Shown here: one piece after another, positions 1 through 12,926 of the stretch | How the letters are laid out: each line of letters begins with the position of its first letter | Numbering within the stretch: the stretch's first letter is position 1 | Source of the DNA: Eledone cirrhosa | Taxonomy: Eukaryota | Direction: 5' to 3' | NCBI GenBank assembly: GCA_964016885.1 | Contig: OZ024746.1 | Span: 79,298,001-79,362,000, forward strand | Length of the DNA: 64,000 nt | Translations under genes and position numbers: made by a program | The notes under the pieces: generated by a model | The model's database searches: none | What the model was told of the DNA's origin: nothing | What the model saw: the letters and a program-made list of their open reading frames with translations, nothing else

Positions 1-16
1 TTTTATAGTTTACTAT

Positions 17-55
<39 letters not shown>

Positions 56-169
56 TATATTCATTATTATTATTTTTGCTTAACTACTTGTCCAACATTA
101 TATACTCTTCTGTTTTCTTGTATACCTCGTCATCTTCGTCGGCCTCATTATCATCCACATTATTGACAA

Positions 170-500
170 CATCACCGCCACCACCGCCACCACCACCACC
201 ACCACCACCGGCGTCGCCACCTACAACCACCAGCACCACCAGCACCACTACTACCAGCACCAACACCAGCACCAGCACCACTACCACAACCACCATCATC
301 ATCCCCACCTTACCACCATCACCACCATCACCACCATCCCAGCCTAAGCCCCCACCACTACCACCACCACCACCACCACCACCACCGCCACCACCGACAT
401 CATACCATGATGATCATGATGAGTATGTGGATAAGTACGATGATTATCTGCATCACCATCATCACCACCACCACCACCGTCACCACCAATTTACTCCCCC
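170..500. repeat. (CCA/CAC)n trinucleotide low-complexity tract
   Basis: Imperfect ccacca/accagc runs; source of the poly-P/T/H ORF 76..591. Confidence 0.9.
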
Positions 501-758
501 CCCCCCACCTCCTCTTACCCCTCATCATAATCTTCGACGTCGTCTCCGTCGTTGTCGTCTCCATGTATATATTTATTTAGTTGTTTATTGATTCAGGATA
601 AACACTTTGCCTCTTACAGTAGAAAAAATATATAAATACTAGAAAATAATTATGTATACATACATACTTACACACACACACACACACGCACACACACACG
701 CATACACACACACACGCGCACACGCACACACACACGCATACACACACACACGCGCACA

Positions 759-805
<47 letters not shown>

Positions 806-851
806 GTGTGTGCGCTTGTGTGTGTGAGTGTATAAATGATAGAATAATCCA

Positions 852-902
<51 letters not shown>

Positions 903-906
<4 letters not shown>

Positions 907-1107
907 CGAAGGAAATGTGGTACGGAACCAGATGGACCATAACGCACCAAAGTACTCAATACTTAGGGTAGTAGTAGTAGAGTGGGTAATAGGAACGAGT
1001 AGGACCCCGACGGCTGAGCTCAAGCCGTTTCGACGGCTAATTCTGGACTCCAGAATTAGCCGTCGAAACTGCTTGAGCTCAGCCGTCGGGGTCCTACTCG
1101 TTCCTAT
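903..1107 (-). mobile_element. ~200 bp hairpin element (family H1), probable Penelope-like 3'-end remnant with fold-back, inserted in (TA)n
   Basis: 59-bp inverted arms 989-1047 / 1049-1107 (1 mismatch) plus ~85 bp unique tail; (TA)n on both sides; homologous copies at 11256, 11502, 50749. Confidence 0.75.
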
Positions 1108-1160
1108 ATATATTTATATGTATATGTATATATATATGTATATAAATTTCTATACTTTTC

Positions 1161-1210
<50 letters not shown>

Positions 1211-1212
<2 letters not shown>

Positions 1213-1337
1213 GTTATTCCGGGTTGAATCGGAGGTAACCACAGTAAGTAAGGTACTCAATACATAGCAGAGTATAAAAGTTTTAATATAGATGAGATTC
1301 TACAGGACTAGAACTGTTTCATTCTTTAGAAATCATC

Positions 1338-1340
<3 letters not shown>
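1211..1340 (-). mobile_element. Penelope-like 3'-end remnant (family H2) starting at a hammerhead core, in (TA)n
   Basis: Minus strand CUGAUGA-UUUC UAAA GAAU-GAAA-CAG-UU, then TATTGAGTACCTT motif shared with H1; second rearranged copy at 33728-33785. Confidence 0.65.
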
Positions 1341-1399
<59 letters not shown>

Positions 1400-1705
1400 T
1401 GTGTGTATGTGTATGTATGTATTTGTGCGTGTGTGTGTGTACTTGGTGGGTCTTCCGTCGATTTCGACGCTATTTCTTCAGCTGCTCTATGAAGTGATGT
1501 ACCTATTTTTTAAATCAAGATATAAATGTTTTTCCCAGACACATATCTTGTTTAACCTAATTTCCAAGCTAACTTCAATGGCAAGCCTGAGTATGTGATT
1601 TACAGCCTAGGTACAACCCATCTGTCTGGCTTCCACATAGCTTACATTCTGCTCAATGTTGCCTATACGACAATTATCATCATCGTCATCATTATTATGT
1701 ACTCC

Positions 1706-2106
1706 AAGGGCGGCGGATTGGCAGTATCGGTAGAGGGTCGGACGCCATGCTCTCCAGCATAGTTACGTCCCTTTACGATCTGAGTTCAAATCCAGCCGAG
1801 GTTGACTTTGCCTTTCATCCTTACGGGGTCGATAAAATAAAGTACCAGTAATGCACTGGGTAATTTGCTGGCCTTGTACCTAAAGTAGAAACAATTACTA
1901 TGTGTCCCAAGGGTGGTGGGTTGGCAGTATCGTTAGAGGGTCGGACACCATACTTTGCAGCCAAGAGTTACGGCCCTTTATGGTCTAAGTTCAAATCCCG
2001 CCGAGGTTAATTTTGCCTTTCATCCTGATGGGGTCGATAAAATAAAGTACTAGTAATACACTGGGATATTTTCTGGCCTTGTGCCAAAAGTAGAAACAAT
2101 TATTAT
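1706..2106 (+). mobile_element. Two tandem tRNA-derived SINEs (family A, Meta/LF-SINE-like central domain)
   Basis: A box TGGCAGTATCGG, B box GAGTTCAAATCC, core GCCTTTCATCC...GGGGTCGATAAAATAAAGTACCAG, tail GCTGGCCTTGTGCC..AAGTAGAAACAATTA; more than 15 related copies or fragments in the window. Confidence 0.85.
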
Positions 2107-2107
2107 G

Positions 2108-2744
2108 TAATCCAATGTTCCGGGGATGCTTTATGCAATTTCTTCCAAACAGTCCTGACCTCTGCCATTGTGATCGTCTCACAGGAACTCCTGTCGGTTT
2201 ATGCAGAGATGTCACTCATCCAGCACCTTCTTGACTGCCCTCTTCCCCTGCTGTCTGACACAAGTCCTTGTATTACAGTGCTTGCCAGTCTCAATTCCTT
2301 GGGGTGTCTCGCTACATGACTAAAATACTTCAGCTTGCGATCTTGTGCTATCTTCCGCTTGCGATCTTGTGCTATCTTCCGCTTGCGATCTTGTGCTATC
2401 TTCAGCTTGCGATCTTGTGCTATCTTCCGCTTGCGATCTTGTGCTATCTTCCGCTTGCGATCTTGTGTTATCTTCCGCTTGCGATCTTGTGCTATCTTCC
2501 GCTTGCGATCTTGTGCTATCTTCCGCTTGCGATCTTGTGCTATCTTCCGCTTGCGATCTTGTGCTATCTTCCGCTTGCGATCTTGTGCTATCTTCAGCTT
2601 GCGATCTTGTGCTATCTTCAGCTTGCGATCTTGTGCTATCTTCAGCTTGCGATCTTGTGCTATCTTCCGCTTGCGATCTTGTGCTATCTTCCGCTTGCGA
2701 TCTTGTGCTATCTTCAGTTACTTCCTCCACTTGTTTCCCAACTC
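2108..2744 (-). mobile_element. RTE-clade LINE 3'-end fragment (decayed) containing a 24-bp minisatellite
   Basis: Minus-strand translation KIAQDRKLKYFSHVARHPKELRLASTVIQGLVSDSRGRGQSRRCWMSDISA*TDRSSCETITMAEVRTVWKKL matches the RTE C-terminal pattern (L.YFGHV.R...G.R.RGRP...W...A.DR..W). Confidence 0.8.
2328..2717. repeat. 24-bp minisatellite, 16 units (CTTC(C/A)GCTTGCGATCTTGTGCTAT)
   Basis: 384 bp between first and last CTTCAG = 16 x 24; 8-aa periodicity in ORF track. Confidence 0.95.
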
Positions 2745-3260
2745 AACGACAATAGTAAAGTATAATTATCTGAAATGCCACATATGAGATTGAACTAAAG
2801 ACCTCATTATTGCGAAACGAATGTCTAAACCACTAAACTATACCACGGGGACAGATATTGGGCGACAAATTGTGATATGCGTTCCGAAGTCAACTATACT
2901 TTTCATCATTTTGGGTTTGATAAATAAAGTACCATTCCAGTGTTGAGGTCAATTACTCTCACACTCTCTCTCTCTTTCTTTCCCTCTTGGACTGTAACGC
3001 AAGGGGGCTCAACGGAAAATTCACACACACATATATACATGTATAACCTGATTAGTTCTATCGTTCCTTTGGTATATATTGTGTGTTAGTTTCGCCTACC
3101 ACAATGTTCGATTTGTCAAGCTATTTAAACGTATGTTATAACTCTGAGATCTATCTTATCGAGTGCTTTGCTAACTCATCATTTCATATAAGTAGGCCGA
3201 ATTTACTTGCAAACTGCCAGAGATTCGATTTTACTGATTTCCAATTATATATATATATCA

Positions 3261-3421
3261 GTGAAGGCACGGAGTGGTTAGAGACCTTGATTCGCAATCT
3301 TGCTTCCCGGATCGGGAAGCAAGACACTTTATTTCACGTTTCTCCTTCTACCTGGAGTTCCGGTAGATAGTAGTAGCAAATTGGAAAAAACCAATGGAAA
3401 TGGTCTGATTTGACGAAAGTC
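3261..3421 (+). mobile_element. tRNA-derived CORE-like SINE (family B), rearranged
   Basis: GTGAAGGC head and GCAAGACACTTTATTTCACGTT core; tail shared with 7728-7916; B-box region replaced by a palindrome at 3298-3324. Confidence 0.65.
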
Positions 3422-3746
3422 GATCGACTGTCGATAAATATATCCAAAGCAGGGGAGCGCACAGGGCGCGAAAGTACCGGAAAAACGGATGTCCCTGCTC
3501 CTTGGTCAACCTCTGGAAAAATGTTATAGTTTATGTGTATCATGGTTGATACTGTACATCCCAGTGTACATTAGTTTGCAACAAAATAGGTTGAGACAAG
3601 ACAAGTTGTGTCTTTCGGCAGATTACACAGATAAAACCGAAAAATATATAAAAACGTTGCAAACTTAATGCATTAACTTAAAAGGAAGAGAGTGATAGAA
3701 ACTGTGAGCGGTTGCTTGGCCAAAGGAGAAAATATATATATAGGTG

Positions 3747-3803
<57 letters not shown>

Positions 3804-3827
3804 TTATATATATATATATATATATAA

Positions 3828-3861
<34 letters not shown>

Positions 3862-3882
3862 CATAAATGCACTCTGTGTGCA

Positions 3883-3915
<33 letters not shown>

Positions 3916-3923
3916 GCACACGC

Positions 3924-3989
<66 letters not shown>

Positions 3990-4336
3990 AGTAGAAAGAC
4001 GCAGCAGCAGAATATCTCATACATATATACGTAAAGAGTATTATGAATATTAGTTATAAAACTTGAAAGTTAAATGTAGCGATGAATACACAATCAGATA
4101 GATATAAACATATACGTAGGTTTAGAGTTACTTAGTAATTACTTGAAACCCTTGAGCTCAAAGTCGTAATCATAAGAGCTGTACGTGCCTATTTCGTTGC
4201 CTTCTCTGCTCTATTATCAACGACATATCGATGTCGTACATATTTACATTGAGTAGACTTCGTTTACGTACAAGTTACCAACACCAACGCTTCTAACTCT
4301 GCATCCATACACAAACACAAGCGCAAACACGTAATG

Positions 4337-4419
<83 letters not shown>

Positions 4420-4525
4420 TATCTCACACTCTCTCTCTGTCTCTTTCTCTCTCTGCTCCCTCCCTCTCTTCCTTTCCCTCTCTGTCAGTCTGTCTCTTCA
4501 CCGCTCCTCTCTCACTCTCTCTCTA

Positions 4526-4563
<38 letters not shown>

Positions 4564-4661
4564 CCTCTCTCTTTCGCTCTCCCTCTCTTCCTTTCCCTCT
4601 CTGTCAGTCTGTCTCTTCACCGCTCCTCTCTCACTCTCTCTCTACCACTCTCTCTCTCTCA

Positions 4662-4702
<41 letters not shown>

Positions 4703-5074
4703 GCTCTCCCTCTCTTTCTTTCCCTCTCTGTCAGTCTGTATTTTCACCTCTCCCCTCTCCATCTCTCTCTACCCCCCCCCCCTCTCTCTCTCTTTTTCGC
4801 TCTCCCTCTCTTTCTTTCCCTCTCTGTCAGTCTGTCTTTTCACCTCTCCCCTCTCCATCTCTCTCTACCCCCCCCCCCTCTCTCTCTCTCTCTCTTTCGC
4901 TCTCCCTCTCTTTCTTTCCCTCTCTGTCAGTCTGTATTTTCACCTCTCCCCTCTCCATCTCTCTCTACCCCCCCCTCTCTCTCTCTATCTCTCTCTTTTT
5001 CGCTCTCCCTCTCTTTCTTTCCCTCTCTGTCAGTCTGTCTTTTCACCTCTCCCCTCTCCATCTCTCTCTACCCT

Positions 5075-5124
<50 letters not shown>

Positions 5125-5193
5125 GCTCTCCCTCTCTTTCTTTCCCTCTCTGTCAGTCTGTCTCTTCACCGCTCCTCTCTCACTCTCTCTCTA

Positions 5194-5255
<62 letters not shown>
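4420..5255. repeat. Compound CT-rich tandem repeat, ~7 units of ~100-125 bp
   Basis: Recurring TTCCCTCTCTGTCAGTCTGT core separated by variable (CT)n and poly-C. Confidence 0.85.
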
Positions 5256-5258
<3 letters not shown>

Positions 5259-5444
5259 ATATATAAACATTTTCAAATAGCCAATAGAACCCAGCATTGA
5301 TACATGATTTCATCCCACGTCAAGGAGTCTGCCACAAGGGCAGTTACTAAAGCTATTTCCTGTTTTCATTTTCAAACCACTGAAGACGTATTCAATATAG
5401 TAACATCCTCCTCCTCCTCCTCCTCCTCCTCCTCATGGTCGTCG

Positions 5445-5487
<43 letters not shown>

Positions 5488-7074
5488 AATCGTCATCGTC
5501 GACATCGTCATCATCATCATTTTCATCATCAACATTGTCATCATCATCGTCGTCATCATCATTATCATCATCATCATTGTCATCGTCATCATCGTCATCA
5601 TCATCATCATCGTCATCATTTAATGTTTTCTTTTACTTGTTAGCAAACCTTAAGCGATTGGTCACTGCTCAAGACAGTACTTAGCTGGAGCCAATGACCC
5701 TTTAGAGGGTTGCTTACATACATTTCTGCAGAGCACACCGAACACTATTGTGAAACTAGCTATAAGGAGTTTGTCATGTCTTTGACATGCATCAACCATA
5801 TAACATACTCTCCCAATGCTCTATATCTACTACACGGAACTCTCTTTCAATCCCCTTCTCTATATCAAGTAACAGCAAACTCTTCCCCTCCCTATATCTA
5901 CTACACGGTATACTCTCTTCCAATCCCTCTCTCTATATCAATTAACACCATACTTCCCCCCCTCTCTATATGTACTACTCAGAACTCTCTTCAAATTCCT
6001 CTCTCTATATCAATAAACATCAATTTCTCCCCCTCTCTATATCTAATATACAACACACTCTCCCAACCTTCCTCTCTATATCAATTACCACCAAACTCTC
6101 GCCCTCCTCTATAACGATATCTATTTCTTCCATTTGTCTCTACATAACATGTAGCACTAACTTGTAGCGCATATCTAAATAGATGTGTGTATTGGTAGTT
6201 TGGGGGGAAATATAATTATTTGCGGGTGGGAGCATGTCCGCCTGCCCTCCTCCCAGTTCTACCGCCCCTGTGATATAGCATAGACATCTTTCTAAGGTGT
6301 GATTTAGATTTATTTGACCTCCTCAGCGAAAATCATGCTGAAACATGTCCTGAGTTGCCTCACATAGTTTCGAAAATCCATAAACAGTGATGGTTGCGCT
6401 TGGACAATCAGGTTGGATCAACTGGATACAATTCCTTTTGACAGGACCCAGTGGAAGTTGTTTGAGGACTTTGCCCTCTCGATTCTCCCAGAAATACGTC
6501 GACAAAGAAGAAGATTAAAATAGAAATCATTGAGTTAATGTCGTTTCCTCTTTGTATTTATTAGATTGTTTAGTGCTCTCTAATTTAAATAGGTTTAACA
6601 CTAACTTAACTGTTGTTATTGTGGTATGTCGAGAGAGCATCATTAATGTCACATCTATCAACATAATGTTTTTCAGAGATGAGACAGCATGTTATGGAAT
6701 GTTTCCAGCGAATTATTTTTAGATGCATTGTTAATTTCACCTTGTATTCAATCTTCATTCTATTGTTCATGAGTCTAATGGCTTGTTCGACTTTATTTGA
6801 TAGAAAAATAGATGTCTAATTATTCATGTACTGAGTGCTAATGTTCCCTCATGTGTAAATTGAGTCATTGATGTTGAGCAATTTGAAACCGACTGAAGTG
6901 GCTTTTCTCTCAATTTGTTATTAACTGTAACAGATTTCTTCATGTAAACAGTAATTGAACGAAAAACCACATTTCAGAATATCATCTAAGTATAGATAAT
7001 CCTATAACTGGCTAATTCAGAATCAAAATAGGGAGTGTAACCTGAACAGAAAATACAGAAAACATGTGATTAAG

Positions 7075-7144
7075 GATTTCGTTTAGTAACCACGTGATTC
7101 AGGGTTCAGTCCCGCTGCGCTGCACATTGGGCAAGTGTCTTCTA

Positions 7145-7148
<4 letters not shown>
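7075..7148 (+). mobile_element. 5' fragment of another tRNA-derived CORE-like SINE
   Basis: GGGTTCAGTCCC B-box-like motif followed by TTGGGCAAGTGTCTTCTACT, truncated at (TA)n. Confidence 0.55.
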
Positions 7149-7228
<80 letters not shown>

Positions 7229-7230
<2 letters not shown>

Positions 7231-7670
7231 GGTGGCTGCCAACTCGTTTTCGAGTACGGCCACTACTCTATGTCCATGTAGGAGAACCCTTACCGATGCG
7301 CTGAACGAGTGTGACATTTAGTCCAGCCAGCGACTTGAAAACTCTGGTACAAACACTACACTTGTGACAATTATTGACACATAGTGCTGGGCCCATGGTA
7401 CCAGGTGACGACAAGTGCAGAGAGATCTCCAGATATAAAGCAATGCCTGTGCCGTGAAGCTTTTATAGTGAGGAAAGGCACTGCACAAAGCCAGTCCCAC
7501 TCTCTTAACCAAGATGATATTTTCCAAAAAGAAGACCAAGTGAACATCATTGGATACCATCAGGGTTGCAGGTGTTATATCAGAGTTTTCCTTCTCCTAG
7601 AATTCTGCCTTGACAAAGGCTAAGGGGGTCATATCTCCCGGTGATTTTGGATGGCCATTGACTCTTAAGA
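7229..7670 (-). mobile_element. Non-autonomous RTE-like element (family R), 5'-truncated copy
   Basis: Near-identical reverse complement of ~46196-46636; contains AGGAGAAGGAAAACTCTGATATAAC, resembling RTE 5'-UTR motifs. Confidence 0.75.
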
Positions 7671-7727
7671 CTCTTATACATATATATATAAGGAACGATT
7701 ATATACATATATATATAAGGAATGATT

Positions 7728-8041
<314 letters not shown>

Positions 8042-8382
8042 CATGTGTCTCTATTTACGTTTGTACCTGTCTGTGTTTATGTCCCATAATTTAGCGGGTT
8101 AAAGAAAAGAGTTTGATAAAAGAAGTAGTATCAGACCCGAAAGAAAATTAGTAATAATAGATTATCACTATAAATAATAGTTGATATAGTCGGATAAATT
8201 ACCCTTAGTAACGGGAAAGAGTCGATAGAGACGCCTACGAGGGTTCGATCTCATACCACAACTCTACTAAATTTTGAATGTTAACTTCTCTTAAATCCAC
8301 ATTTGTGTTTCATTGACACCTCCTTTAAAGTAAACATAAACAATTGATACTAAGACGATTGAAATGATGATGGTGATGATAG

Positions 8383-8433
<51 letters not shown>

Positions 8434-8524
8434 CGACGACGATAAGCGAAAAATTTGAGTGAGTGTGAATTTAAAGTGACAACAGTACCTATGTCTATAC
8501 CCAAACACGCTCATTAACTGCTTA

Positions 8525-8688
8525 ATGAACACTACAAGAATATGGTCAGAACGTGGAAGAGCCGAACTCCCACTGTCATCGCCTCCATCTTTCTCGCCCT
8601 TCCCATCTCTCTGTATGGTGAGCAAATGGGGTCCCATGTGCTGGCCTCCCCACAGCCCAGGTGGACAGAATGGAGAAGGCAGGAAAGT
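8525..8688 (-). mobile_element. Dispersed GC-rich repeat (family Q), unclassified
   Basis: Homologous to 9030-9170 and 31036-31215 (AACTCCCACT...CAAATGGGG...GGACA.AA.GGAGA); strand inferred from the abutting 5S fragment. Confidence 0.65.
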
Positions 8689-8690
8689 TA

Positions 8691-8762
8691 ATGCTTACAG
8701 CACCTAGGTTTCCGAAGCGGTCACCCATCTAGGTACTAACTATGTTCGCCGTTACTTAACTT
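8691..8762 (-). pseudogene. 5S rRNA pseudogene fragment (3' ~70 nt)
   Basis: Minus strand AAGTTAAGTAACGGCGAACATAGTTAGTACCTAGATGGGTGACCGCTTCGGAAACCTAGGTGCTGTAAGCA aligns with the metazoan 5S box A, box C and 3' end; 5' part missing, several substitutions. Confidence 0.85.
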
Positions 8763-8914
8763 TTATAACAATTATAACATTTAGGTCTATTACTCAAGTA
8801 GTATCATATCTAACAATATAATAATTTCTAACTTAAGTACGAAGCTAGAAATGTTTCGTTGTTACTTTATTAACATTCGAAAAGCAAATTTAACCTTGAC
8901 TCAATTTGAACTCA

Positions 8915-9230
8915 GAACATAAAGAGCGGGAATTAATACAGCCTAACCATATTGCCAGATCACACAATGAGAACATAAGAAGAGTCCGTGAAAGATATAC
9001 ATATACACAAGGTCCGCACACAAGGAACCAAACTCCCACTATCACTACCACCGCCTCTCCCGCTCTCCTCATCTCTCACTATTATGAACAAATGGGGGGC
9101 CCACGCGCTGGTCACCCCGCAGCCCCAGCGGACAAAATGGAGAGGACGTTTCCCCGAAGGATGGTGAGATAGACGAGCTGGAAGGGCCAGTCCACTAGGC
9201 GAGGTATAATGACGACGAGGGGGGAGGGGA
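8915..9230 (-). mobile_element. Longer family Q repeat copy
   Basis: 8915-9013 matches the reverse complement of 12830-12927; 9030-9170 matches 8525-8688 and 31036-31215. Confidence 0.6.
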
Positions 9231-9278
9231 GAATGAGAGGTAATTAAAGCAGGCAAAAACGATAACGACGAAGCGGAT

Positions 9279-9367
9279 GAAGAAGAAGAAGAAGAAGAAG
9301 AAGAAGAAGAAGAAGAAGAAGAAGAAGAAGAAGAAGAAGAAGAAGAAGAAGAAGAAGAAGAAGAAGA
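9279..9367. repeat. (GAA)n microsatellite
   Basis: Pure run of ~30 units. Confidence 0.98.
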
Positions 9368-9400
9368 GCAACAATGGCAGTAATACAACAAGTTATAGGG

Positions 9401-10378
9401 AATTAGAGGTAAGAAAGAAGGTAACAATAATTAGAGGTAAGAAAGAAGGTAACAATAATTGGAGGTAGGAAAGAAGGTAACAATAATTAGAGGTAGGAAA
9501 GAAGGTAACAATAATTAGAGGTAGGAAAGAAGGTAACAATAATTAAAGGTAAGAAAGAATGTAACAATAATTAGAGGTAAGAAAGAAGGTAACAATAATT
9601 AGAGGTAGGAAAGAAGGTAACAATAATTAGAGGTAGGAAAGAAGGTAACAATAATTAGAGGTAAGAAAGAAGGTAACAATAATTAGAGGTAAGAAAGAAG
9701 GTAACAATAATTAGAGGTAAGAAAGAAGGTAACAATAATTAGAGGTAGGAAAGAAGGTAACAATAATTAGAGGTAAGAAAGAAGGTAACAATAATTAGAG
9801 GTAGGAAAGAAGGTAACAATAATTAGAGGTAGGAAAGAAGGTAACAATAATTAGAGGTAGGAAAGAAGGTAACAATAATTAGAGGTAAGAAAGAAGGTAA
9901 CAATAATTAGAGGTAAGAAAGAAGGTAACAATAAATAGAGGTAAGAAAGAAAGTAACAATAATTAGAGGTAAGAAAGAAGGTAACAATAATTAGATGTAA
10001 GAAAGAAGGTAACAATAATTAGAGGTAAGAAAGAAAGTAACAATAAATAGAGGTAGGAAAGAAGGTAACAATAATTAGAAGTAAGAAAGAAGGTAACAAT
10101 AATTAGAGGTAAGAAAGAAGGTAACAATAATTAGAGGTAAGAAAGAAGGTAACAATAATTAAAGGTAAGAAAGAAGGTAACAATAAATAGAGGTAAGAAA
10201 GAAGGTAACAATAATTAGAGGTAGGAAAGAAGGTAACAATAATTAGAAGTAAGAAAGAAGGTAACAATAAATAGAGGTAGGAAAGAAGGTAACAATAATT
10301 AGAAGTAAGAAAGAATGTAACAATAATTAGAGGTAAGAAAGAAGGTAACAATAATTAGAGGTAAGAAAGAAAGTAACA
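9401..10378. repeat. 28-bp minisatellite, ~35 units (AATTAGAGGTA(A/G)GAAAGAAGGTAACAAT)
   Basis: Direct tandem repetition with single-base variants. Confidence 0.95.
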
Positions 10379-11255
10379 TCATATATTAAGTTCCTCTAAA
10401 TAAAATCTGATGAGAGAGAATTAAACGGAAGCGAATTGTTATAGCGATGATTCTGATTAGATGGGAAATAAGGTTAGAGCTGAAGTGTTTGTTAACAGAT
10501 CATAGTTAGATGGTAGTACACTTAAACCACGGGGAGTCAATGTGCGAAGTGGTCGATCAAGTGGCGTGAAATACAACGCTCGTGTATACATCCTTACACA
10601 CACAGATGAACATACAAACATACCCTTTCTTAGACGCACACAAATATACAAGTTATAGTATACGTACAAACACGCACACACACATATATATATACTTATA
10701 TATATAACAATTAAAGGAAGGAAGTATATAACATATTTCCATATTTGTCAAAAAGATATATATATATATATGAATATATATCAAAGAATGTATTGATATA
10801 GAAACTCAAAATAGTCTCTCACAATAAAATAGCTCTAGGAAAGAGATTTTTTCCGAGCCGTATAATATAACTGAACAAAAAAGAAAAACGAACACAGACA
10901 TATACATATATGTGTTCAAATCGTAAGAGACCAGATTCGCTGATGGTGAAAAGAATACTAACTATAGAAAATAGGGTTTGCCAGACCCAATTTAAGAATA
11001 AATCAAGAAAATAAATACAAACCAGAATTGTGGTAACTACCAATCACCCGGACAGTTTTAATAATACTGTTTCGCAATATTAATTGGGGCTATTTTTAGT
11101 GGTGTGATTTTGCAAGACACGCTAAGTTCTGATACCATGTGTGTTGTTATATATACGCACTATCCAGTTTTTTAATATACTTAGAAGTGAGCAGCATACT
11201 ATTAATTCTTTATCCCGCTGATGAGCAAAGATTGGTATTCCTCTTCACAATTAAT

Positions 11256-11444
11256 ATAACGAAGGAAGTGTGGTAAGGAACTAGATGGACCATAACGCAC
11301 CCGAGTACTCAATACTTAGGGTACTAGAGTGGGTAATAGGAAAATGTTTAACCCGACACCAGAGCTCAAGCCGTTTCGACGGCTATAGTCCAGAAATAGC
11401 CGTCGAGACGGCTTGCGGTCTGCTGTCGGAGTTAAACATTTTCC

Positions 11445-11447
<3 letters not shown>
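11256..11447 (-). mobile_element. Family H1 hairpin element, divergent variant
   Basis: Same tail as 903-988; arms AGGAAAATGTTTAAC.. / ..GTTAAACATTTTCCT. Confidence 0.75.
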
Positions 11448-11825
<378 letters not shown>

Positions 11826-12019
11826 GATATTAAACAAATGGAAACTATATTTATAAAACCATATTTATTTCATTATACATATTTCAGGGATACCATATTA
11901 AAAATATGGCATGCCTTCGTCAGATAAAATACAATATATAAACAGTTTTATAAATAATTTTGACGTACCATATTATAAGCGACCATTATATTAGGAAGCT
12001 GTCTGGATAGTGAATTGTT

Positions 12020-12545
12020 TATAAATATTTAGTTATAGTGTTAAGCACAGTTAGAAAAAAGACGGAGAGAAAGAAGAAACGGAGGTAAAGAAAAACCAGA
12101 GAGAGAGGGGAGAGAAAGAAAAGGAGAGAGAGAAAAAAATATATAAATAGATATGGAGGAGGTGAAAAAGAAACAAGAAAGAAATAAAAGAGGCAAACGA
12201 AAGCAACAGATAAATAATAATTCACCATACATATAGAGAAACTCAAGAGAGAGGGAGTACTATATAGAGAGAGAAGGATAATAATTATTTAGTTATAGTG
12301 TTAAGCACAGTTAGCAAAAAGACGGAGAGAAAGAAAAAACGGAGATAAAGAAAAAAGAAAAAACGGAGAGAGAGAGGGGGGAGGAAAAGAAAGAGAGAGA
12401 TAAAATATAAATAGATAGGAGGAAGTGAAAAAGAACCAAGAGAGAAATAAGAGAGGCAAATGAAAGCGACAGATACATAATAATTCATCATACATAAAGA
12501 TAAACTCAAGAGAGAGGAGAAAGTGGTATATAGAGAGAGAAGGAT
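12020..12545. repeat. Tandem duplication of a ~260-bp purine-rich unit
   Basis: TATTTAGTTATAGTGTTAAGCACAGTTAG...AACTCAAGAGAGAG...GAGAAGGATA occurs twice. Confidence 0.85.
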
Positions 12546-12746
12546 ACAGTTACATCTTTACGTCATGTCATATCAATTTGAATTATCAATTCATATGAAA
12601 TGGATAATAAGAATGCAAATATCAATATTCATGAATAAGACATAGATATATAATATGAGAAAATAACATTGTTCAATAATGACCATATGTTTAGTTTAAA
12701 ACTCTGAGGTCAATATACCAAAATCTGAGATAAAACCTTCAAAAAG

Positions 12747-12832
<86 letters not shown>

Positions 12833-12926
12833 CTTGTGTACATGTATATCTTTCACGGACTCGTCTTATGTTCTCATTTTGTGATCTGACAGTATGGCTA
12901 GGGTGTACTAATTCCCGCTCTTTATG

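Noticed and set aside
1706-1800. tRNA genes (A and B boxes)
   Set aside because: No cloverleaf; these are SINE heads
5378-5410. CTGAAGA followed by a small hairpin; also lone CTGANGA at ~10405, 11218, 42803, 52241, 61387
   Set aside because: No correctly placed GAAA/UH half
6278-6328. Minus-strand CUGAGGA..GAAA-GAUGUC-UA
   Set aside because: Extra unpaired bases before GAAA, 2-bp stem I and no TA/PLE context; may be chance
9401-10378. CRISPR-like regular 28-bp repeats (also 24-bp at 2328 and 46-bp at 23050)
   Set aside because: No unique spacers, no cas genes, eukaryotic context
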